From an uncultured Gemmatimonadales bacterium (GTDB lineage Bacteria; Gemmatimonadota; Gemmatimonadetes; Gemmatimonadales; GWC2-71-9), in contig CAVUAK010000002.1 of NCBI GenBank assembly GCA_963739455.1, positions 352,001 through 416,000 on the forward strand: a stretch of DNA of 64,000 bases, given 5' to 3'. A program made the position numbers and the translations under genes. Below, one piece after another: positions 1-9,355 of this stretch (positions are counted from its first letter, which is position 1; each line of letters starts with the position of its first letter). The notes below the pieces were generated by a model, which was not told where the DNA came from, did not search any database, and worked only from the letters and a program-made list of their open reading frames with translations.

Positions 1-281
1 ATGAAGATGCTGAGCGCCTCGGCGAGGTCGACGTGATGGAAGCCACCCGGAGCACCCCTGCCCCCATTCAAGCCCGCCTTGCCGTAACGATCGTATGCTG
101 CCCGCTTCTGCGGGTCGCGCAGCACCTCGTACGCCTCGGTGAACTCCTTGAAGTGCGCCTCGGCGTCGGGCGCGCGGTTGCGATCGGGATGGTACTCCAT
201 CGCCAGCTTGCGATAGGCCTTCTTGATGTCCGCGTCCGAGGCATCACGTGGCACGCCGAGCAGCTCGTAGAACTCGCTCAC
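1..281 (-). CDS. dnaJ: Chaperone DnaJ, N-terminal part (runs off window start)
   Basis: GTG at 281 overlaps the hrcA stop; reads [15 protein letters not shown]...[17 protein letters not shown] (J-domain HPD motif); directly downstream of hrcA. Confidence 0.93.
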   Translation of the reverse strand, partial: MSEFYELLGVPRDASDADIKKAYRKLAMEYHPDRNRAPDAEAHFKEFTEAYEVLRDPQKRAAYDRYGKAGLNGGRGAPGGFHHVDLAEALSIF

Positions 282-1324
282 GCGAGGAGTCCCTCCACCA
301 GCAGGCTCGTATGGTCTACCAGGCTGACGATCTTGTCGTACGGCATGCGTGTCGGTCCCATGACGCCGATGACCCCGCTGAGGTCCCCGGCACGGTATGA
401 AGAAGTGACGAGCGTGAATCCGGCCAGCCGCGGATCGGCGTTTTCGCCGCCGATGGTGATGGTGAGGCCGCGGCGCCGATGCGCCTCGAGTGCGGCGCCA
501 AGCGTGTTCCGCTCCTCGGTGAGCTCGAGAAGGTCCCGCATGCGGGCGTTGTTCCCGGCAAATTCGGGCTGGTCGGCGAGCGGCCGCGCGCTGCCCAGCA
601 TCAGCGAGCCGGGATCGTCGCGCAGGTCGAACAGCTCCTCGCCCTGTGACACGAAGATGTTGAGCAGGTCGCGCTCACCACCGGCGTCTTCCGCATCCCT
701 GAGGCGCATGGGCAGCGTTGTCCTGATCTCGCGCAGCGTGAGGCCGCCGAGTCGCTCGTTCAGGATCTGGCCAACCCGCTGCACGGCACTCGGTGCCAGG
801 CTGCTCGGCACCTGGACGAAGATGGTGCGTACTACGCCGCTTCGAAGATTGAACACGAGCAGCAGGCGATCCGACGCCACGGAGACGAGTTCGAGCCGCT
901 CCATGACGACGGCATCCAGGGCGGGTGCCACCGCCACGCCGAGCTCCTGGGTGAGGACGCCGAGGACCTGCGCTGCGCGGCGGAGAATGTCACCGACGGC
1001 GTTGGTTGCCGGGGGCGGCTGCAGTTCCTGCCGCAGCACCTCCCGCTCCTGTGCGGTTGGTGGAGCCAGGCGTGCCAGCCCATCGACATAGGTGCGATAC
1101 CCGCGGTCAGTTGGTATGCGCCCCGCCGACGTGTGCGGGTGGTACAGGTAACCCTTGTCCTCCAGCTCGCTCATGGTGCTGCGAATGGTGGCGGACGACA
1201 CCCCGAGTCTCGAACGCCGGGCAACAGCATGGCTGCCGGCAGGTTCGGCGGTATCGATGTACGCCTGAACCACCGCCTCCAACACCCGGCGTTCCCGCTC
1301 GTTCAGTCCCTCAGGTGCAGTCAT
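278..1324 (-). CDS. hrcA: Heat-inducible transcription repressor HrcA
   Basis: [45 protein letters not shown] and C-terminal [10 protein letters not shown] motifs. Confidence 0.97.
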   Translation of the reverse strand: MTAPEGLNERERRVLEAVVQAYIDTAEPAGSHAVARRSRLGVSSATIRSTMSELEDKGYLYHPHTSAGRIPTDRGYRTYVDGLARLAPPTAQEREVLRQELQPPPATNAVGDILRRAAQVLGVLTQELGVAVAPALDAVVMERLELVSVASDRLLLVFNLRSGVVRTIFVQVPSSLAPSAVQRVGQILNERLGGLTLREIRTTLPMRLRDAEDAGGERDLLNIFVSQGEELFDLRDDPGSLMLGSARPLADQPEFAGNNARMRDLLELTEERNTLGAALEAHRRRGLTITIGGENADPRLAGFTLVTSSYRAGDLSGVIGVMGPTRMPYDKIVSLVDHTSLLVEGLLA

Positions 1325-1443
1325 GACAGCAATTTACGGGGTTGGGTGGGGTCAGGAGAAGCGCTGACAGCCAGCCTGACAGGTCCGGGCCGCCGATCCG
1401 ACAGGCACGGCCACAAGAGAAGCTGATAGGGCAAGGGACGTGC

Positions 1444-2544
1444 TCACGCGACCGATCGAACGAGCGCGTCAAGCCGGAGCCAGCCCTCTGCGGTGAGACG
1501 GAGTGTCCGGGCGGTCTCTTCTGCCCAGCCGTTGGCGACCCAATCGCGGCGCGCGCCCTCGGGGACCAGGTCGGCAGCGAGCCCCTCCGAGGTGCGGAGC
1601 CCGAGGTAGAGTGCCTCGAGTCGCAACTGCGCTTCGTTCAACTCCTCCCCCTCCTCAGCCACGACCACGCCTTGATCAGTCAGGCGCTCATAGTTGGCCC
1701 ACTCCCGCACGTTCCAGGAGCGCCGTCGATCAAGCGCAGAATGTGCCGAGGGTCCGAGCCCGATGAACGGTGCGCGCCTCCAGTAGGCGCTGTTGTGCCG
1801 CGCGCGATAGCCGGGGCGTCCCGCATTCGAGACCTCATAGTGATCGAGGCCTGCCGCGCGTAGCGCCTCATGCGCAACCAGGTACTCCGCCGCGTAGCGC
1901 TCATCTGGCGGTGGCGCGCTCTCTCCTCGGGAGGTCCACTTGCCGAGTGGGGTGCCCTCCTCCACGGTGAGACCATAGAGCGAGAGGTGCTCCGGGTTCA
2001 GCGAGAGGGCCAACTCGAGGTCTCGCGCCCAATTGCGCGCCAGTGATTCCGGGAGGGCGAAGATGAGGTCGACGGAAATGTTCCTGAACCCGGCACCCCG
2101 CAGCGCCGACATGGCGACCGTAACGGCCGCCGCATCGTGCGTACGGTGCATCCAGGTGAGCACGGCATTGTCGAATGACTGGACGCCGAGTGAGACGCGG
2201 TTGATGCCGGCCCTGATCCACGCTGCTGCGTTCGCCGGAGTGACATCCTCCGGGTTGGCCTCGAGCGTGATCTCGACGTCCGGATCTGCCGGGCGATCAC
2301 TGCGGACCCGGTCGAGGAGACGAGCGAGTTCCGCCGCATCGAGATGAGACGGTGTGCCACCGCCAAGGTAGATGGTCGCCAGGGACGGAGAATCGATCCA
2401 CGCTCCGTGCGGCTGCCAAGCTTGCCATTCGGCGAGCACCGCATCGACGAACTTCCGCGACGGCACTTCGCGCCGCACGGCGATGGCGAAATCGCAGTAG
2501 CTGCAGCGACGGGCACAGAAGGGAACGTGAACGTAGAGATGCAC
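1444..2544 (-). CDS. hemW: Radical SAM heme chaperone HemW (HemN-like)
   Basis: HLYVHVPFCARRCSYCDF (CxxxCxxC), GGGTPS, YEVSN, HNSAYW; classic position upstream of hrcA. Confidence 0.93.
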   Translation of the reverse strand: MHLYVHVPFCARRCSYCDFAIAVRREVPSRKFVDAVLAEWQAWQPHGAWIDSPSLATIYLGGGTPSHLDAAELARLLDRVRSDRPADPDVEITLEANPEDVTPANAAAWIRAGINRVSLGVQSFDNAVLTWMHRTHDAAAVTVAMSALRGAGFRNISVDLIFALPESLARNWARDLELALSLNPEHLSLYGLTVEEGTPLGKWTSRGESAPPPDERYAAEYLVAHEALRAAGLDHYEVSNAGRPGYRARHNSAYWRRAPFIGLGPSAHSALDRRRSWNVREWANYERLTDQGVVVAEEGEELNEAQLRLEALYLGLRTSEGLAADLVPEGARRDWVANGWAEETARTLRLTAEGWLRLDALVRSVA

Positions 2545-2594
2545 GGGCGTAAACCTAGCTACTCACCTCCCCGCCCTTCCCCGCCTCCCCGCCC

Positions 2595-3719
2595 TCACCT
2601 GAGCCGATACCTCCTTCCCGGCCGCGACTCCACCACTGAGCGGAGTTCGAGCGAGAGCAGTTCACACAACACCACACCGGCGTCGAGACCGGCATCCCGC
2701 GCGATCAGGTCGACATCGTGTTCGCCCTGCAGGAGCACACCGGCGATGCGCCGTTCCACCTCCGAGAGTCCCTCGGGAATGCGTCGCTTCGGTGCCGCCG
2801 CGGGCGACGGGTGCGTGCCAGCCGCTGGCGCCCCCGGCAACCTGGCCCAGAGATCATCGGCGGTGACGAACGGCGCCGCCCCGTCGCGGATGAGGGTGTT
2901 GGTTCCCTCAGAGGTGGACTCGGTGATCGGGCCTGGCACCGCCAGGACTTCCCGCCCGGCATCGAGCGCCGCGGCTGCAGTAATAAGGGAACCGGAGGTA
3001 TGTGCGGCCTCGACCACCACCGTCACTTGCGCCAGGCCGGCGATCAGCCGGTTCCGGTGCGGAAAGGTGTAGACCTTGGGCCGCTCGCCGGGTGGCATCT
3101 CGGTGAGCAGCAGGCCGTGACGCGCTACTCGTTCGTACAGTGCGCGATTGGCGGCGGGATAGATGACACCGATCCCATTGCCGAGGACGCCGATCGTGTC
3201 GCCACCGTCATCGAGCGCGCGAGTGTGTGCGTGCGCGTCGATTCCCCGTGCCATGCCGCTGACGACCACCGCCGGGACCGCAACGGCGGCATCAACAACG
3301 GCCCGGCAGGCATGGAGTCCGTAGTCGGTGTGGCTCCGGCTGCCAACCACGGCGACCGCCAGCCGGGACGCCAGCGAGACGTTGCCGAGGGCGAAGAGCA
3401 GTTGCGGCGGGTCCGGGATCTGTGCGAGAAGGGGCGGATAGGCATCATCGCCCGGGAAAATGGCAACCACGCCCATCGCCGCGGCGGCGCGCAGCACCCG
3501 TTCGCCAGCCTCGACCGAGGCGCCCTTGATTGCGGTGACGGCGGCCGCCGAGAACCCGGCGGAGCCCAAAAATGCGGACGGCGCCGAAATGGCGCCGAGT
3601 GGGGTGGTGCAGGCTGAGATGATATCGGGAAGTCTCGACCCGATGCCCGGTGTGAGGGCGAGGGCCACGTAGGCCGCTCGCTCTCGCCGGTCGTCAGGTA
3701 TCGTCGCCAGTGTCGTCAT
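2595..3719 (-). CDS. dprA: DNA-processing protein DprA
   Basis: VAVVGSR, VSGMARGID..AH, RNRLIAGL, VVEAA..SGSLITA; start taken at MTTLATIP (3719). Confidence 0.94.
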   Translation of the reverse strand: MTTLATIPDDRRERAAYVALALTPGIGSRLPDIISACTTPLGAISAPSAFLGSAGFSAAAVTAIKGASVEAGERVLRAAAAMGVVAIFPGDDAYPPLLAQIPDPPQLLFALGNVSLASRLAVAVVGSRSHTDYGLHACRAVVDAAVAVPAVVVSGMARGIDAHAHTRALDDGGDTIGVLGNGIGVIYPAANRALYERVARHGLLLTEMPPGERPKVYTFPHRNRLIAGLAQVTVVVEAAHTSGSLITAAAALDAGREVLAVPGPITESTSEGTNTLIRDGAAPFVTADDLWARLPGAPAAGTHPSPAAAPKRRIPEGLSEVERRIAGVLLQGEHDVDLIARDAGLDAGVVLCELLSLELRSVVESRPGRRYRLR

Positions 3720-4782
3720 CGGCTGGGTCAGGATCGAACAAGGCAGGATCTGCATCGTCGTGGTCTGGCTCGACATACTCGGACTCTGCGGCCGCAGCTT
3801 CACGGCGCGCAGCCTCAACGAAACGCCAGAGAAATTCCTTCAGGTCGTCGAGACCGGTGCCCGCGACACTGGAAATCGTGAAGACCCCTGCGGCGTCGCT
3901 GGCGTCCAGCGTCGGCGCAGGAGCACTGTCGTCAAGGAGATCGGCTTTCGTAAGCACGACCACATGCGGCTTCTGCGCGAGCTCCTCGCTGTAGGTCGCC
4001 ACCTCGCGACGCAGCTGCTCGTACACGGCCTGCGGATCCTCGGCATCGAGCGGCAGCAGGTACGCGAGCACCCGCGTACGCTCGACATGCCGGAGGAAGC
4101 GGAGACCAAGGCCCTTCCCCGCATGCGCGCCCTCGATGATGCCAGGGATGTCAGCCACGACATACGTACGACTGCCGGACAGCCCGACCACGCCGAGGTT
4201 CGGCTCAAGTGTGGTAAAGGGATAGTCTGCGATCTTGGGACGGGCCGCTGAAATGACCGACAGCAGCGTGCTCTTCCCGGCATTCGGCTCGCCCACCAGG
4301 CCGACATCGGCGATGAGCTTGAGCACCAGTTCGATTTCGCGTTCCTGACCCTCGGCGCCCGGCTCCCATTCGCGTGGCGCCCGGTGGGTGGAGGTCGCGA
4401 AGCGGGAATTGCCCCGGCCACCCCGTCCTCCACGCGCCACCAGCAGGCGATCGCCCGCCATGACCTCCCCCAGGACCTCGCCGGTGGAGGTGTCCTTCAC
4501 GACGGTGCCCGGTGGCACCGGCAACTCGATGTCATCGGTGGACGCGCCGGTCTTGTTCTTCCCCATGCCGTGCTGGGCCCGCTCGGCCTTCCATACGTTG
4601 TGATAGCGATAGTCGAGCAGCGTGCTGAGGTTGGAGTCGCCCACGACAAACACGCTGCCGCCCCGCCCGCCGTCACCACCATCGGGCCCGGCCTTGGGCA
4701 TGTACTTGAAGCGCGCGAATGACGAGGCACCCGAACCGCCGGTGCCCGCCACAACCTTGACGGTGGCCTGATCAACAAACAT
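3694..4782 (-). CDS. obgE: GTPase ObgE/CgtA
   Basis: MFVDQA..GPDGGDGGRGG, ADVGLVGEPNAGKSTLL, KIADYPFTTLEPNLG, DIPGIIEGA. Confidence 0.97.
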   Translation of the reverse strand: MFVDQATVKVVAGTGGSGASSFARFKYMPKAGPDGGDGGRGGSVFVVGDSNLSTLLDYRYHNVWKAERAQHGMGKNKTGASTDDIELPVPPGTVVKDTSTGEVLGEVMAGDRLLVARGGRGGRGNSRFATSTHRAPREWEPGAEGQEREIELVLKLIADVGLVGEPNAGKSTLLSVISAARPKIADYPFTTLEPNLGVVGLSGSRTYVVADIPGIIEGAHAGKGLGLRFLRHVERTRVLAYLLPLDAEDPQAVYEQLRREVATYSEELAQKPHVVVLTKADLLDDSAPAPTLDASDAAGVFTISSVAGTGLDDLKEFLWRFVEAARREAAAAESEYVEPDHDDADPALFDPDPADDDTGDDT

Positions 4783-4787
4783 CGATG

Positions 4788-5429
4788 CTAGTTCTCCGGG
4801 GTCCAGCCATCACGCACGCTCCGCCACAGCTCTTTCACCTTGCGCCACGCGTCGAACGAAATCATCGGGTTCACCACCGACAGCACCGCGTCCACCTGCA
4901 TCGGGTCGGCACCGGCATTAAGCGCACCGCGCAGGTGCGAGTGAAGCTGGCGCTCCGTCTCCAGGATCGCGGTCTGTGCCACGGTGCACAGTTCGCGACG
5001 CATGAGATCGAGTCCCGGCCGGGACAGGGTGCGACCATAGCCCTCGGCGATCATCCACTCGTCGACGGCCGGATGCAGGGCTCGCACGTTGTCGCGCAAC
5101 TTCCGGTAGTTGTCGCCATACACGATGGCACAGGTGATTTCTCCCCGCTTCGTCCACTCTGTGTGCGCATCGTATGACGCCTCGGCGTCCAGCGGCGGCG
5201 CTTTTACCCCGCTGAACTTGCGCCACACCGCCATGGCCACGAGGGCTCGCGGATAGCCGCACATGAGGATCGACTGCAGCAGCAGCTCCTCGACCCACAC
5301 CACCGGCACCTGCGCCAGGCGCACGGCACGCACGCGCTCGCGGAGATCGGGCTCATCACCCTGGGCGATTGCTGCCGCGAAGCGCACCAGCTCGCGGGTC
5401 GGGAGGTCGAGACTGTCCTGTTTCGCCAT
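4788..5429 (-). CDS. Carboxymuconolactone decarboxylase/AhpD-like family protein
   Basis: Two CMD-like halves (CGYPRAL; YGRTLSRPGLDLMRRELCTVA...QLHSHLRGALNAGA). Confidence 0.8.
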   Translation of the reverse strand: MAKQDSLDLPTRELVRFAAAIAQGDEPDLRERVRAVRLAQVPVVWVEELLLQSILMCGYPRALVAMAVWRKFSGVKAPPLDAEASYDAHTEWTKRGEITCAIVYGDNYRKLRDNVRALHPAVDEWMIAEGYGRTLSRPGLDLMRRELCTVAQTAILETERQLHSHLRGALNAGADPMQVDAVLSVVNPMISFDAWRKVKELWRSVRDGWTPEN

Positions 5430-5440
5430 ACGCTACCTCA

Positions 5441-6493
5441 TCACCGGGCTTCCGCCATCACCGTTCGCACGCCGACCGGTGTCTCGTACTGCAATCCACC
5501 GACTACCTGCAGATACCCCGTTACCTGGCCTCGCGTACTGTGAATCGCGAGCCGGGCATGCCGCTCGACGCCGGGTGTCTCCAGCGCGCCGACCAGGTCG
5601 GGCTCATAGCGCCGAGCCAGGTCACGAAGGATGGCAACCAGCGCCGCCGGCGACGCGCGCATGTCGCCGTCCTCCACCTTGAGCGCCACACCGATACCCG
5701 AGCGCAACAGCACCGCGCTGTAGATGCCATCGGCGCCGAGCTTGACGGCGAGCCGTCCCGGAAGCGCCTCCATCAGGTCGGTGCAGGACCGGCCGGTGCC
5801 GGCCACGAGCCAGGGATGCGCCATCATGGCGCTCCTGATGCGCACCATCGCGGGCTCATCGGTCGTGCCGAACCGCGCGTAGGCCCGTGCCATCGCCACC
5901 AGAGGGAGCGCAAAGCTTACGGCGGTGCATCCGTCCACCCCCAGGCCGATCGACTCGACCGGCTCGCCGCTCCAGCGCGACACTTCCGACAGGATTCGCT
6001 GTTGCAGCGGGTGCTCCAGCCGCTCGTAACCCTGTGTACGCCAGCCGCGATGCAGCGAGATGGCCAGCATCGCGGCGTGCTTGCCGGAGCAGTTGCTCCA
6101 GGCCGGGCTCATGTGGATGCCCTCGCGTGCCACTGTAGCCGCCATCACCGGCGAAAGCGGCACATGCGGGCCGCACGCCAGGTCGGCCTCCGTCCGGCCC
6201 ACCTTGCGCAGCATCCCCTCTGCGAGGGTTACGTGTGCGGGCTCGCTCGAGTGCGAGGCGCAGGCGAGCGCCACCTCAGCATCGGTCAGTGCAAACCGGT
6301 CCGCGGCGCCATCGGCCACAACCGGTAGCGCCTGAAATGGCTTTGCGGCGGACCGCCAGAAGGTGCGCAGCCCGGGATCGCCGGACCGGGCCAGGAGCTG
6401 CCCGGCGGAGTCGACCACGGCCACCGAGATCCGGTGCAGCGATTCCGGCAACCCGCCCCGGGTGGCTTCCGCCCGAAGTTCAAGCATCGGCAC
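5441..6493 (-). CDS. L-asparaginase II (Rhizobium AnsA-type) family protein
   Basis: RSAAKPFQA, CASHS, NCSGKHAAML, GVDGC, KLGADG, ALKVEDG motifs. Confidence 0.88.
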   Translation of the reverse strand: MPMLELRAEATRGGLPESLHRISVAVVDSAGQLLARSGDPGLRTFWRSAAKPFQALPVVADGAADRFALTDAEVALACASHSSEPAHVTLAEGMLRKVGRTEADLACGPHVPLSPVMAATVAREGIHMSPAWSNCSGKHAAMLAISLHRGWRTQGYERLEHPLQQRILSEVSRWSGEPVESIGLGVDGCTAVSFALPLVAMARAYARFGTTDEPAMVRIRSAMMAHPWLVAGTGRSCTDLMEALPGRLAVKLGADGIYSAVLLRSGIGVALKVEDGDMRASPAALVAILRDLARRYEPDLVGALETPGVERHARLAIHSTRGQVTGYLQVVGGLQYETPVGVRTVMAEAR

Positions 6494-6519
6494 AAGATAG
6501 CATGTTAGACTTCCCGTCC

Positions 6520-8035
6520 ATGATTGCCGCCCGATCCCGCCTGATACCGGTACTGTTGGCCGTCCTCGCGGGACCGCTCAGCGCGCAGGGGTCGCCCAAT
6601 GTTCCGCTGGATGACCCGCGTCTCCCCCTGATCGAGTTCCTCATCATGCGGGGGTCCATCCAGGACCCGTCACCGATGCACCGCCCCTTCCGGCGGGCCG
6701 ATGTGGTCGCGTCGATGGAGCGTGCCGACTCGACGCCCGGTGCCGACAGCACCCTGATCCGCACGTTGATCTCACAGTACAAGGAATTGGACGCGCCGAA
6801 TCGATACGCCGTGGGGGTGCGCGGCGGCTTCCAGGCCACGACCACTGATCGCTACCGGGACCTCATGCATCCCGAGGGCAACGGTGGCATCTATCCCTAC
6901 CTCGATGTGCTGCTCGAGGGAGTGTTCGGCCCGGTCGTGGCGGTGAGCCGGCCGGCCATTGAGCCTCGAATTACCGACGATCCCGACTGGCCCGGCAGGA
7001 CCGACCTTACCGTCGCTGGCCGAATGGTCGAGGCCTATATCGGTTTCCAGTTCAAGAACTGGGGCCGGTTCTGGTTCGGCCAGTTCGACCAGAACTGGGG
7101 TCCTATCAACTTCTTCGCCGTACCCCTCAGCAACTTCAGCTACCCGCGCAACTACTTCGGCCTCGACGTCGGCTCGAAGAACGTGCGGCTGGTTGCCCAG
7201 CTGGCCAAGCTGCGCGATGAGACCGATTCGCTGGGCCAGGTCGTTTCGCGCTACCACTTCATGAATCGCCTGGGCGTCCAGTTCTCACCGAAGTGGTATG
7301 TGGCGTTGTGGGGAACAGCGGTTTGGTCGGGCGTCGGGCGCGGGCTGGACGGTACCTTCATGAACCCGGTGAGCATCCTGTTGCTCGCCAACCAGTACGG
7401 CGAGGGTGACAACGGGAATGTCATTGTAGGCGCCGACGTGAGCTGGCGCGTGGCCAAGCGCGCCACCATTCAGGCACAGCTCGCCCTCGACGATCTCCAG
7501 ATCCAGAGCATCGATGATTCCACGTCCTATCCCAATCGCTGGGCCTTCACCATTACCGGCTTCGGCGCACTGGGCAAGAACATGTCGTGGCAGGCGCTCT
7601 ACTCACAGGCATCGAACCTCGCGTTCCGGACCAGCAATGCCCACGACAACTTCGAAGATGGCGGAGTCGGGCTGGGGCGCGGCTTCCCCGACATGGACTA
7701 CCTCAGCCTCAGCGTGTCCATTCCGGTGATGAATCACTGGATGATCACGCCGGACGCCGTATTCCAGCGTCAGGGGCCGTCGCGCATCACCGATCCGACG
7801 CCGACAGACCCGGATATCATTCGAGATACGCCAGCATTCCTGAGCAAGCCGATCGAGTATGGCTACCGCCTCGGCGTCACGTTCAGCGGACGTCAGGGTC
7901 CGTTCGATATCCAGGGTTCGGGAGGGCTGTACCACGTGGACAACGAGCACAACGTCGTGGGCGTGAGTGACACGCGATTCGAGGGCAAGATCCAGGCGCT
8001 GCTTGCGCATCGGCAAGCGGGGAGCGCTCAAGTGA
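6520..8035 (+). CDS. Outer-membrane protein, Wzi (capsule assembly)-like; probable indel near ~7997
   Basis: Signal peptide (LLAVLAGPLSAQ), beta-strand-rich, NPVSILL..N..GN motif; another frame ends RIGKRGALK-TGA at 8035, overlapping the next ATG. Confidence 0.5.
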
Positions 8036-9025
8036 TGCGGGAGGCACGTCCGTTGGCGCGCGCGCGCGCCGCCGAGATTGTCGCGCGGTTCTCGACCGCT
8101 CAAGGTTGCCGTTGTCGGCGACCTCATGCTCGACCGGTACCTGCTGGGCGACATCGAGCGGATCTCCCCGGAGGCACCGGTGCCTGTGGTACTGGTGTCC
8201 GACCGGCGTGACGCGCCGGGCGGCGCGGCCAACGTCGCAGCCAACGTCGTCGCGACCGGTGCTCGCTGCCATCTCGCAGGCATCGTCGGCACGGACGCGG
8301 CCGGTGCCGCGCTGCGCGATGCGCTCGCCGGCGCGGGCATTGATACCTCCCGCGTGCTTCCCGTCCAGGATCGGCCGACGACAACAAAGACGAGAGTCGT
8401 GGCCAGGGGACAGCAGGTGTGCCGGGTTGATGAGGAGGTCGCGCACGATATCACCGGTGGGGCCCTGGCCCAGGTCACGGCGCTCGCCCTCGAGGCAGTC
8501 GAGGCGAGCGACATCCTCCTGCTGGAAGACTACGACAAGGGTACGCTCGCGCCGACGCTCATTCCGGTACTCGTCGACCGGGCGAGGAGCCGGCGGATAC
8601 CGATCGTTGTCGACCCGAAATATCGCCACTTCTACAGCTTTGCTGGTGCCACCGTGTTCAAGCCGAATCGACGCGAGCTCGAGTCGGCCCTTGGGGCGCC
8701 GATCGACCATGCATCGCCGGATCCCTACCGATCGGCCTGGAGGCGGGCCAACGCGGAGCACCTGCTGGTTACGCTGGGGTCAGATGGGATGGCGCTGGTG
8801 AGCGCGAAGGAAACGGTGCACGTCCCGGGCATTCGCCGCGACGTCTATGACGTTTCCGGCGCCGGCGACACCGTAACGGCGTGGGTGGGCCTGGCCCTGG
8901 CGGCCGGGGCTGCTATCGAGGAAGCTGCAGTGCTGGCCAACGTGGCTGCCGGCATTGAGGTTGGAAAGCCGGGCGTGGCCACGATTTCGGTTGAGGAGTT
9001 GCTCGCGACCTACGACGCCGGTTAG
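8035..9025 (+). CDS. rfaE1: D-glycero-beta-D-manno-heptose-7-phosphate kinase (RfaE1/HldE kinase domain, PfkB family); probable indel near ~8096
   Basis: VAVVGDLMLDRY..G...RISPEAPVPV, GGAANVA, DYDKG, VDPK, DVSGAGDTV; N-terminus MREARPLARARAAEIV lies in a different frame. Confidence 0.88.
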
Positions 9026-9041
9026 ACTTTCCGCCCCTGAA

Positions 9042-9115
9042 GGGCGATTAGCTCAGCTGGTTAGAGCGCTGGTCTCACATACCAGAGGTCGGGGGTTCGA
9101 TCCCCTCATCGCCCA
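9042..9115 (+). tRNA. tRNA-Val (anticodon CAC)
   Basis: GGGCGAT acceptor stem pairs with ATCGCCC; TAGCTCAGCTGGTTAGAGC D-arm; anticodon arm CTGGT-CTCACAT-ACCAG; GGTTCGATCCC T-arm; no encoded CCA. Confidence 0.96.
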
Positions 9116-9141
9116 TCGAAGACGTGCGGGCTTGAAGACGT

Positions 9142-9178
9142 GAGGGCGTGAGGTGGCTCCGAGCCGCTTCACGCCCTT
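9142..9178 (+). terminator. GC-rich hairpin after tRNA-Val (terminator-like)
   Basis: GAGGGCGTGAGGTGGC-tccga-GCCGCTTCACGCCCTT inverted repeat; weak U-tract; near-identical copy at 11711. Confidence 0.55.
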
Positions 9179-9202
9179 GTCCATTCCCACTCTCCTACCA
9201 CT

Positions 9203-9234
9203 TCACGTCTTCACGTCCTCACGTCCTCACGTCC
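9203..9234. repeat. 8-bp tandem repeat (TCACGTCY)x4
   Basis: tcacgtct tcacgtcc tcacgtcc tcacgtcc read directly. Confidence 0.85.
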
Positions 9235-9248
9235 TGAAGTGCACCCTC

Positions 9249-9355
9249 TTGCGCGATGTCCCGGCAGGGGTACTCTATGGTCGGGAGACCCGATCCGGCG
9301 ATCCCGCATGACCGGCCCTCCCGACGCGTACCACGCCGCACCGGGGGCCCGTTCT
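9249..9355 (+). promoter_or_regulatory. Putative sigma70 promoter (TTGCGC-16-TACTCT) plus conserved structured leader, copy 1
   Basis: -35 at 9249-9254, -10 at 9271-9276; same architecture recurs at 11790-11890. Confidence 0.6.

Noticed and set aside
1325..1443. CIRCE operator upstream of hrcA
   Set aside because: No TTAGCACTC-N9-GAGTGCTAA-like inverted repeat is visible in this intergenic region
6235..8211. 658-aa ORF overlapping both the asparaginase and rfaE1
   Set aside because: The N-terminal extension is antisense shadow sequence; the C-terminal run-on is best explained by an indel near 7997 that joins the rfaE1 N-terminus
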